64,000 nt of DNA from an uncultured Candidatus Saccharibacteria bacterium. Its GTDB lineage: Bacteria > Patescibacteriota > Saccharimonadia > Saccharimonadales > JAGQNJ01. The position numbers were made by a program, and so were the translations under genes. The notes beneath the pieces are model-generated. The model saw only the letters and a program-made list of their open reading frames with translations. It was not told where the DNA came from and searched no databases. Where the stretch lies: contig CAZNZL010000001.1 of the NCBI GenBank assembly GCA_964577565.1, forward strand, positions 78,566 to 142,565. Reading direction: 5' to 3'. How positions within the stretch are numbered: the first letter of the stretch is position 1; every line of letters starts with the position of its first letter. Of the stretch, positions 56,738 through 64,000 are shown piece by piece.

Positions 56738-56980
56738 CTATTTAATGAGCTTCTTTTCGCGCAACAGCGCATCAATTCGTGGCCGATCAAAACCAATAAC
56801 CACATTGCCCTCAATGTCGCTTACTGGAACGGCTAATTGCCCCGTATGATTTAATACCCACTTCTGAGATTCAACATCTTGCGTAAGGTCTTTTTCGGTA
56901 AATTTTACCTTACGAGAATGAAGGTATTCTTTCAAGGCATGGCAAAATGCGCACGTTGGTGTTGTATAAACAGTAACCAT
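56738..56980 (-). CDS. Glutaredoxin-like (NrdH/Grx) protein
   Basis: Start taken at MVTVYTTPTCAFCHALKEYL (CxxC). The upstream 36 codons in the track ORF look non-coding. Confidence 0.8.
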   Translation of the reverse strand: MVTVYTTPTCAFCHALKEYLHSRKVKFTEKDLTQDVESQKWVLNHTGQLAVPVSDIEGNVVIGFDRPRIDALLREKKLIK

Positions 56981-57117
56981 ATACTCAGTATACCATGTAT
57001 AGTTACTATTGCGCCACTGTTTTACCTCTGATACAATAAATAAAAGATGATTACTTTGGGCGGCACCAGTGTGACGACTATACCTCAAGCTGTGTACAGC
57101 TTTGGAGGCGATGCTTA

Positions 57118-57975
57118 ATGCTGCCGCGTATTTTTGCTGCGAGCTCTGGTATTCATATTAGTTTGCGGGCAGAACCTTTGTTTAAGCTGGGTCCGTTAAC
57201 CGTTACTAATTCTATGATTTATGGTCTGGTTTGTGCCGTCTTAATCGGCGCCTTGCTACTATGGGCCTCGAGGCGTATCAAAATCAATGGGCAAAAAGGT
57301 TTTTCACAGATTCCAGAAATTTTACTGGAATACGTCATTAACTTATTGGAAAGCCCGCTGGGTACGCGCGCGCGGGCAATAAAATATGCTCCTATCTTTG
57401 GTACATACTTTTTATTTATTATCTTCACAAACTTCTTAGCCCTTTTGCCTGTTGTTGGGCCAGGCCTGACAGTGCACACTGCTGCTGGGCATACCCCCCT
57501 GTTTCGCCCCTTTACCGCTGATCTCAATGGAACAATTGCGATGAGTGTCATCGCTATAATTATGGTGCAGGTCTTATCTGTTCGTGAGCAAGGCGGCAAA
57601 AAGCACCTTCAACATTATTTCAGTAATAAGCCACTTAACCCCATAAATATGTTTATCGGTGTATTAGAGGTCTTCGGCGAGTTTACACGCATCTTAAGCC
57701 TTAGTCTGCGTCTTTTTCTTAATACTGCAGTTGGTGAAATCTTGATAGCCGTCTTTACTTCTATGATTGCTGCGGGCGGTAGAACGCCGTTTGCGGTGCT
57801 TCCTATTTTGCTGTTTGAAATGCTTGTTGCCGGTATTCAAGCCTACGTCTTTACGATTTTATGCGCAACGTATCTGGGTCTTGCCATCGCCCATGCTCAT
57901 GATGGCCACGATGATGATCACCGTCCTGCTGAAATCCCTAAAGAGGTCGACTCAAGGGGTATGCACGGTGGTTAA
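57118..57975 (+). CDS. atpB: F0F1 ATP synthase subunit a
   Basis: Multi-TM protein with the LSLSLRLFLN region (essential Arg) and position at the head of the operon. Confidence 0.9.
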   Translation: MLPRIFAASSGIHISLRAEPLFKLGPLTVTNSMIYGLVCAVLIGALLLWASRRIKINGQKGFSQIPEILLEYVINLLESPLGTRARAIKYAPIFGTYFLFIIFTNFLALLPVVGPGLTVHTAAGHTPLFRPFTADLNGTIAMSVIAIIMVQVLSVREQGGKKHLQHYFSNKPLNPINMFIGVLEVFGEFTRILSLSLRLFLNTAVGEILIAVFTSMIAAGGRTPFAVLPILLFEMLVAGIQAYVFTILCATYLGLAIAHAHDGHDDDHRPAEIPKEVDSRGMHGG

Positions 57976-58033
57976 ACCATTTAATAAAGGTAAAATTAAT
58001 GGCGTTTTTTTAGCGCCTAAAAAGGAGAACTAA

Positions 58034-58273
58034 ATGGTACCAACACTAACAACCTTCGCAGCAACAGACCCAATTATGGCCAAAGCCTTAATGCTTGGGG
58101 TAGCTTTGGGTGCTGCAGCGCTTGGCCTAGGATGGGTCGGTGCAAACTATATGAAGGCTTTGGGGCGTAACCCAGAAGCAGGTAAGGCAGCTGGCCAGAT
58201 TATTATTATCGCGGCCATGATTGAGGTGACGGCCCTACTAGCCTTTCTATTGGGCGCCTTCTTGCTAAGCTAA
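58034..58273 (+). CDS. atpE: F0F1 ATP synthase subunit c
   Basis: 79-aa hairpin proteolipid with GRNPEA in the loop and a carboxylate in helix 2 (AMIEVTAL). Confidence 0.9.
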   Translation: MVPTLTTFAATDPIMAKALMLGVALGAAALGLGWVGANYMKALGRNPEAGKAAGQIIIIAAMIEVTALLAFLLGAFLLS

Positions 58274-58380
58274 TTTCATGGCACGGGACGTTGTTGTCTT
58301 TCAAAATTTTTTGCTTCACTGTACCCACAAGTACACCTCAACAAAAAATTTTGAGGCGCCTCGTCCCGCACTAATGAAAT
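58274..58380 (+). other. ~107-nt imperfect long hairpin in the atpE-atpF spacer
   Basis: TTTCATG...ACGGGACG (58274-58290) pairs with CGTCCCG...ATGAAA (58362-58380). An inner perfect 12-bp stem pairs TCAAAATTTTTT (58301-58312) with AAAAAATTTTGA (58343-58354). Confidence 0.5.
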
Positions 58381-58427
58381 GTAACTTAGGCAGAATAATG
58401 AGAATGATATAATTAACAGAGGAGAAC

Positions 58428-58976
58428 ATGGAGTTTACACATTTGATTACAATTTTTGGTGCAACTGAGGCTGAGCCGCAAGGTATAGCTGCGCTAGGTA
58501 TTGATCCGCTTGCTATTTTGGCGCAAGCTGCCACGTTTTTACTTCTTTTCTTTATCATTAAAAAATTCGCACTGGATAAAATTGTAAAGACACTTGAAGA
58601 TAGGCGTCGTACCATTGATGATGGCGTACGTTTGGGGCGAGAAATGGAGGCCGAGAAAGAGCGCCTCAACGAGGCGGTTGATAAAAAGCTTCAAGAAGCT
58701 CGTGTTGAGGCAGATAAGATCATTGCTGTCAGCCATGAAGAAGCCGGCGCAATCATGAGAGAAGCACAAGAGGCTGCTACTCGTAAGGCCGATGCTATTC
58801 TGGCAGATGCGCATGCCAAAATAGAAGAAGATATTATTAAGGCGCGTGCTGGTCTTCAAAAAGAGATCGTATCGTTAGTGGCTGATGCTACGGCTGTCAT
58901 CGTAGAAGAAAAGATCGATGCGCAAAAAGATATGAACATGATTGAGCGTGCGTTAGCAAAGGTGCGAGGAGTTTAA
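58428..58976 (+). CDS. atpF: F0F1 ATP synthase subunit b
   Basis: One N-terminal TM helix and a long charged Ala/Glu/Lys/Arg helix. Confidence 0.8.
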   Translation: MEFTHLITIFGATEAEPQGIAALGIDPLAILAQAATFLLLFFIIKKFALDKIVKTLEDRRRTIDDGVRLGREMEAEKERLNEAVDKKLQEARVEADKIIAVSHEEAGAIMREAQEAATRKADAILADAHAKIEEDIIKARAGLQKEIVSLVADATAVIVEEKIDAQKDMNMIERALAKVRGV

Positions 58977-58977
58977 G

Positions 58978-59367
58978 ATGGCGCGTCCAAGTCGCAAAGA
59001 TATTGCAAAGAGCATCCTTGCTTTAAGTGACAGGCAGCCGGCTACGTCTTTGGCGCGCGCGGTCGCAGCGTATTTAATACAAGAACGACGAAGTTCAGAG
59101 CTTGATGTGATTATGCGTGAAGTTAATCGCTTGCGTGAGCAACAAGCTAACATTGTTGAAGCTACGGTTACCACTGCCTCTCCGCTTAATCAAAAGATTG
59201 TGCAACAGATAAAACAATTACTGGGCGATAAAGTGATTGTGAATAATATTATTGATAAAAAGGTGATCGGTGGTGTACGAGTGGAGACAAGTGATCTTAA
59301 TTTGGATCTAACCGTACGCAACCGATTAGAACGGTTGAAAACCAGCAAACAAGGAGCAATAAACTAG
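58978..59367 (+). CDS. atpH: F0F1 ATP synthase subunit delta (short form)
   Basis: C-terminal OSCP-like VIGGVRVETSDLNLDLTVRNRLERL. At 129 aa it is shorter than the usual ~175-aa delta subunit. Confidence 0.7.
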   Translation: MARPSRKDIAKSILALSDRQPATSLARAVAAYLIQERRSSELDVIMREVNRLREQQANIVEATVTTASPLNQKIVQQIKQLLGDKVIVNNIIDKKVIGGVRVETSDLNLDLTVRNRLERLKTSKQGAIN

Positions 59368-60897
59368 ATGAACGATATTTCAGTAAAAGATTTAAGCCAA
59401 GAGGTACGAAACGCAATTGAAGAACTTAAAAGTACTCCCGGGGTTGAACAAGTTGGTGTTGTAACGCGGGTTGGAGATGGTATTGCTTGGATTTATGGGC
59501 TGCAAAATTGTGGTTTTAGCGAGATGATCGAGATTGACGGCGTAGACGGTAATGCGGTGCCGGCGTTTGCCCTGAACTTAATGGAAGACGAAATTGGTGC
59601 GGTATTGCTTGGTGATGAAATAAACGTACGCGCTGGTGCTAAGGTTCGGTTAACGGGCAAAATCTTAGAAGTTCCGGTTGGTCCCGAGCTGGTTGGTCGC
59701 GTGGTTGATCCGCTTGGCCGCCCGTTGGATGATCGAGGCCCGATCAATACTCGCCGCACGAGCCCTGTTGAGCGACCTGCTCCCGGTGTGCTTGATCGTA
59801 AAAGTGTGCACGAGCCCCTCATGACTGGATTGCTCGCAATTGATGCGATGGTACCAATTGGGCGTGGCCAGCGTGAGTTGATTATTGGTGACCGCCAAAC
59901 TGGTAAAACTGCTGTTGCGGTTGACACCATGATTACCCAACATCGTACAGGATCGGGGGTTATTAATATTTATGTAGCTATTGGCCAAAAGTTAAGTAAG
60001 GTTGCGCGATTGGTTGAGCGCCTCAAGCGCGAAGGCGTTATGGATCAAACAATTATTGTGGCAACGTCAGCTTCTGACGCGGCAAGTTTGCAGTACCTTG
60101 CGCCATATGCCGGTACCGCCATGGGTGAATATTTTCGCGATAACGCCCAACACGCGCTAATTATTTATGATGATTTAACTAAACATGCTGCGGCCTATCG
60201 GCAAATGTCATTGTTGCTTCGTCGTCCCCCTGGCCGAGAAGCATACCCTGGTGATGTCTTTTATTTGCACTCACGCTTACTTGAGCGGTCTGCAAAATTA
60301 AGTGACAAATTAGGCGGCGGTAGTTTAACTGCCCTGCCAATTATTGAAACCCAAGCTGGTGACATCAGTGCCTACATCCCTACCAACGTGATTTCTATTA
60401 CTGACGGCCAGATCTTCATGGAGACAAACTTGTTCTACCAGGGTATTCGGCCGGCTATCTCGGTTGGTTTGAGCGTATCACGCGTGGGTGGTTCGGCTCA
60501 GACAAAAGCCGTTAAAAGCGTAGCTGGTAACTTGCGCCTGAGTCTTGCGCAGTTTCGGGAGCTAGCCGCGTTTGCTCAGTTCTCTACCGATCTTGATGCC
60601 GAGACAAAACAGCGTATTGAGCGTGGACAGCGTTTGACCGAGCTCTTAAAACAGCCGCAATATTCCCCACTAAGCGTCTGGCAGCAGACTGCTAGTTTGA
60701 TGGCGGCTAATGAAGGCGCGTTTGATACCGTGCCAGTTACAGATATTAAAAAAGCCCAAGATGCCTTGCTGTCTACCCTTGCTCGCCAGCATAAGAAAGA
60801 AATGCAAGAGCTTGATAAAGGAGATAAACCAAGCGACAAAACGACTGCCCTGATTATTAAAGTGGCGAATGCGATCGCCAAGGAGTATAAGGATTAA
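59368..60897 (+). CDS. atpA: F0F1 ATP synthase subunit alpha
   Basis: GDRQTGKTA (Walker A) and the conserved ITDGQIF block. Confidence 0.95.
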   Translation: MNDISVKDLSQEVRNAIEELKSTPGVEQVGVVTRVGDGIAWIYGLQNCGFSEMIEIDGVDGNAVPAFALNLMEDEIGAVLLGDEINVRAGAKVRLTGKILEVPVGPELVGRVVDPLGRPLDDRGPINTRRTSPVERPAPGVLDRKSVHEPLMTGLLAIDAMVPIGRGQRELIIGDRQTGKTAVAVDTMITQHRTGSGVINIYVAIGQKLSKVARLVERLKREGVMDQTIIVATSASDAASLQYLAPYAGTAMGEYFRDNAQHALIIYDDLTKHAAAYRQMSLLLRRPPGREAYPGDVFYLHSRLLERSAKLSDKLGGGSLTALPIIETQAGDISAYIPTNVISITDGQIFMETNLFYQGIRPAISVGLSVSRVGGSAQTKAVKSVAGNLRLSLAQFRELAAFAQFSTDLDAETKQRIERGQRLTELLKQPQYSPLSVWQQTASLMAANEGAFDTVPVTDIKKAQDALLSTLARQHKKEMQELDKGDKPSDKTTALIIKVANAIAKEYKD

Positions 60898-60899
60898 AT

Positions 60900-61376
60900 A
60901 TGGGTGAATCTGAACGAAAAATTAATGAGCGAATTAATAACGCACGTGAGCTTGCAGATCGTTATTTTAATCGGGTAATAAGACGGCATCCTGCTAATAT
61001 ACCGCTGTCTGGAGTTATCAAACTACCCAACGGAGCAGAAGATACGATCGCGGTTGATGCTCCGGCAGGCTTGAGACAAGTAGAAGGCGTATGGGTTCCA
61101 CCAGAAGAGAGACTTGATCTGGCTTTTCAGCTTGGTGTGGCTGTGGGCAGTGCTTCGCTTAGAGGAGTGAGCATTGAAGCTGCTACGAGCCAAGGAGGTC
61201 CTGCAACAGCATTTCCGGGTCTTGTGCGTCCCGGTAGAGCACATACAAGTGAAAAAGCAGGTGAAGATACCGGACCCCAAGGTCGAACTAGTTATGAGGT
61301 TCTTGAACATACGGATCAAATACCTGATCAAGCAACCTTGTCGCCTGCTGACATGACAAGGTCGGAGGCAGAGTAA
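60900..61376 (+). CDS. Hypothetical protein encoded between atpA and atpG
   Basis: 158-aa ORF starting 3 nt after the atpA stop, with AAGGA 6 nt upstream of the ATG. It ends 13 nt before atpG. No motif recognised. Confidence 0.5.
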   Translation: MGESERKINERINNARELADRYFNRVIRRHPANIPLSGVIKLPNGAEDTIAVDAPAGLRQVEGVWVPPEERLDLAFQLGVAVGSASLRGVSIEAATSQGGPATAFPGLVRPGRAHTSEKAGEDTGPQGRTSYEVLEHTDQIPDQATLSPADMTRSEAE

Positions 61377-61389
61377 TCAAGATAATATT

Positions 61390-62256
61390 ATGGCTAACAC
61401 CACCGCGCTCAAGCGCCGAATTACCAGCGTAAAAAACACCAAGCAGATCACCAAAGCTATGGAGTTGGTGTCTGCGAGTAAAATGCGTCGCGCGCAAGAG
61501 CAAGCGCTTAAAACTCGTGATTATTCGCATTTGGCTCGGGCAATTTTAACGCGCCTTCGTGAAAAAACCGATGTAACAAAACACCCACTATTCATTAATC
61601 GACCCGTTGTTTCTAAGCTTTATATTGTCATAACAAGTGATCGTGGTTTGGCCGGAGCCTACAACAGTAACGTCTTGCGCCAACTAACGCGCGCCTTACA
61701 AGAAGATCAAGACAACAATGTTTCTGTGCAGCTAATTGTTGTCGGTAAGCAGGCGACTCGTTTTGTCTCGCGCTTTAAAGATGTTGAGATTCTTGCCGCT
61801 TACACCGATTTTTCTGAGCAGCCAACCGCAAATGATATCCGGCCAATTCTTAATACTGTTACCGAGCTATATGAACAAACTGCAGTAGATGCTGTAGATG
61901 TTATCATGACAGATTATAAATCAAGTATTAACCAAGAAGTTGAAGTACAGCGATTGTTGCCAGCCGCTTTTACCGATGTGCATATATACCCCGATATGGA
62001 TAACGCTATTTTTGAACCCTCACCGCAAGCAGTGCTCGACAACGTTACACTGCGACTGATTGAAGCCCAACTTGCGCAGATGTTTTATGAATCGCAAGCC
62101 AGCGAGCATTCAATGCGCATGATGGCCATGAAGAACGCGACTGATAACGCGAATGAGTTGGTAGATGACCTTACGCTGGCATTCAACACAGCTCGACAAG
62201 CAAGCATTACACAAGAGTTAGCAGAGATAACCGGTGGCGCGGAGGCGATAAAATGA
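61390..62256 (+). CDS. atpG: F0F1 ATP synthase subunit gamma
   Basis: N-terminal LKRRITSVKNTKQITKAMELVSASKMRRAQ and C-terminal ARQASITQELAEITGGAEA. Confidence 0.9.
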   Translation: MANTTALKRRITSVKNTKQITKAMELVSASKMRRAQEQALKTRDYSHLARAILTRLREKTDVTKHPLFINRPVVSKLYIVITSDRGLAGAYNSNVLRQLTRALQEDQDNNVSVQLIVVGKQATRFVSRFKDVEILAAYTDFSEQPTANDIRPILNTVTELYEQTAVDAVDVIMTDYKSSINQEVEVQRLLPAAFTDVHIYPDMDNAIFEPSPQAVLDNVTLRLIEAQLAQMFYESQASEHSMRMMAMKNATDNANELVDDLTLAFNTARQASITQELAEITGGAEAIK

Positions 62257-62705
62257 TAAATCCTACTCGACCTTCTATAAGTCCCGAAATCAACCCTGAA
62301 GCATATGATGCAGCAGAGGAAATATTAGGTGATGTTGTACAAAATTTAGCCCTTCATCTACTTGCAGAGTCTACTCACGAACAATATCACATGACTTTTT
62401 TTGGTAGACGTTATTCTCGTCATCTTGCTCAAATAGTCGACAATAACGCCAACTATGTTCGATACGTTGCGTTGCCAGATGCGTATGATGTAATCAGCGA
62501 CGATCGGATTCCTCTTGATGAAAGACTGCAATATGTTACTGCTCTAGCGGTTAATGAGTCTATAAACGGATACGATACTCCTAGAATATTTCCAGATTTA
62601 AGACATAAAACGGTTAGGCGTATCCAGTTTGCTATTAAGGGATTTGCTAGAAACTATGTTAATGACATGATTCAACTTGTCGCTGGTACGGAGGCAAAAA
62701 AGTGA
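62253..62705 (+). CDS. Hypothetical protein (cassette ORF 1 after atpG)
   Basis: Its ATG overlaps the atpG stop (ATGA). 150 aa, no motif recognised. Confidence 0.5.
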   Translation: MINPTRPSISPEINPEAYDAAEEILGDVVQNLALHLLAESTHEQYHMTFFGRRYSRHLAQIVDNNANYVRYVALPDAYDVISDDRIPLDERLQYVTALAVNESINGYDTPRIFPDLRHKTVRRIQFAIKGFARNYVNDMIQLVAGTEAKK

Positions 62706-63094
62706 ATAAAGCTGACAGTCCGGAAATTGTGATAATTCATGATATTGATCATGGTGAATATTCGCGCGTATTGAAACAACTTGATGGTCTTGAACTGCCT
62801 TTTGTTGTTACAAGCCTTACAGATTTAGTTGACCAAAAAAACCCTTATAATGAAGGCGATCGCGCTAGAACTGCCCTTGTATCCGCCGACAGGTTAATCA
62901 TTCAAGCTTCACTTATGCGTCCTATGACACCCCTCGTAAGACTAGCCCTGGCCGCGACTCTATCGCAGCCTGGTCTAGGTACCGAATATGGAATTTTTGA
63001 TGACGACTATAAATACCAACCACTGCAGCACGAACAAAGTATGCACAATGACGGCTTACCATTGCTAACAGGTGGCCCGGGGGTAGTTAAATGA
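62702..63094 (+). CDS. Hypothetical protein (cassette ORF 2)
   Basis: Its GTG start overlaps the previous stop (GTGA). 130 aa. Confidence 0.45.
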   Translation: MNKADSPEIVIIHDIDHGEYSRVLKQLDGLELPFVVTSLTDLVDQKNPYNEGDRARTALVSADRLIIQASLMRPMTPLVRLALAATLSQPGLGTEYGIFDDDYKYQPLQHEQSMHNDGLPLLTGGPGVVK

Positions 63095-63432
63095 CCGAAC
63101 GACCGCGTGCTGATTATTTTGTTGAGCTGACTCCGCTTGAAGGAGCTAGAATGGTTAAAGATTCAAAAGAAAAAATAGAATCAGCGGGATTGCCTACTGA
63201 CATTACTAGTACTATCTTTGCTAATATCCACGATGCAATCGATCGACGTAGGCTCGATAACCTCGATGTCGATTATACTTCCAGTGAAGAGGTAACGGGT
63301 TTAGTAAGTGCTGCTATGGGCGGGTTTGACCACTTAATGCCAGCCAGACGGGCGTTATATAGATACGTTGTAGGTATTATACAAACTAATGATGAGGCAC
63401 TACGTTCGGTTGATGCTGGAGATAATTTATAA
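63091..63432 (+). CDS. Hypothetical protein (cassette ORF 3)
   Basis: ATGA overlap with the previous stop. 113 aa. Confidence 0.45.
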   Translation: MTERPRADYFVELTPLEGARMVKDSKEKIESAGLPTDITSTIFANIHDAIDRRRLDNLDVDYTSSEEVTGLVSAAMGGFDHLMPARRALYRYVVGIIQTNDEALRSVDAGDNL

Positions 63433-63758
63433 TGGAAGGCACATCAAGGCTTGAAGCAATGGTTGGGATGGTTCGTGATGCAGCTCTGGTTGAGCAAGAT
63501 GCTCGTTCACCAGAGTCAGCTTTACCAGAAGATGTTTCTATTCATCAAATAGTATGTCTCGCCTATCTTGTTGGTCGTTGGGATCAAATCGTTGAGAGTC
63601 GTAGCATGCCGTTTACAAAAAAAGGAGTTAAGGCTGAAGAACTTCAGGAAGTAATTGCAACGGTGTCTGATTCTTTTCTTAACGGTGAGCTAAAGCTGGA
63701 GTTATCGCAGCTATTTTCTAAAAATAGAGGCATTGTATCTACAGAGGTCATAAAATGA
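63432..63758 (+). CDS. Hypothetical protein (cassette ORF 4)
   Basis: TAATG overlap with the previous stop. 108 aa. Confidence 0.45.
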   Translation: MEGTSRLEAMVGMVRDAALVEQDARSPESALPEDVSIHQIVCLAYLVGRWDQIVESRSMPFTKKGVKAEELQEVIATVSDSFLNGELKLELSQLFSKNRGIVSTEVIK

Positions 63759-64000
63759 GTGAGATAAACGTGACTTCCCCCGAGACAATTATATTAACCG
63801 GAGAGGCTGTTGAGTTCGCTGAACAAACATTAGAGCAAATGCACGCTGATTTACTGGTAGACATACCTCCAACAGGTCGGGCAGCGCACGATAGTGTCAA
63901 CGCCGACTTACGAGAGAAAGATCGGACGATTCAGCGAGAACTTGAAGGTACGGGATTTATTTACTTTGGGCATACGAGGAAGATCTGGCCGTATATGTAC
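63755..64000 (+). CDS. Hypothetical protein (cassette ORF 5), 3' end outside window
   Basis: ATGA overlap with the previous stop. My own translation (MSEINVTSPETIILTGEAVEF...) stays open to the window end. Confidence 0.4.
   Translation, partial: MSEINVTSPETIILTGEAVEFAEQTLEQMHADLLVDIPPTGRAAHDSVNADLREKDRTIQRELEGTGFIYFGHTRKIWPYMY

Noticed and set aside
1-64000. CRISPR arrays, rRNA genes and IS/transposase genes.
   Set aside because: I saw no regularly spaced short direct repeats, no rRNA-like conserved blocks and no DDE or Tnp-like ORFs. The only recombinase seen is the serine integrase.

Overview
This 64-kb chromosomal window looks like a small-genome, Patescibacteria/Saccharibacteria-like bacterium. 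That assignment is inferred from gene content only; no search was run. The backbone genes are: a T4SS coupling-protein-like ATPase, gltX, a PEGA protein, a sortase, tRNA-Leu(CAA), tRNA-Ser(GGA), xth, two MacB/FtsX-type ABC pairs, a Crp/Fnr regulator, a CheY-like receiver, mgtC, smpB, a GT2, a thermonuclease, a cob(I)alamin adenosyltransferase, and an F-type ATPase operon (atpB-E-F-H-A-G).

Four regions stand out.
1. 2.23-3.52 kb: a compact module made of a near-consensus promoter, a hairpin leader, a GC-rich orphan ORF, a textbook type III hammerhead core, and about 450 nt of nested long-range pairings.
2. 24.3-45.4 kb: a composite accessory region anchored on a tRNA-Asn(GUU) gene that is split by a 257-nt group I intron. 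It holds an integrative element bounded by a 20-bp direct repeat, whose large serine recombinase ORF ends inside the tRNA. It also holds an AT-rich 10.8-kb island bracketed by 271-bp and 187-bp direct repeats. That island encodes an oxidoreductase/aminotransferase pair plus kinases, phosphoesterases and Pol-beta-type nucleotidyltransferases. A GIY-YIG gene sits between repeated tRNA 5' fragments.
3. A 1.6k-aa FG-GAP/FN3-like surface protein with its own ABC transporter.
4. An atp operon interrupted by an unknown ORF between atpA and atpG. atpG is followed by at least five translationally coupled unknown ORFs where atpD/atpC would be expected.

No CRISPR array or rRNA was seen. Hand-derived coordinates for RNA and repeat features may be off by 1-2 nt.
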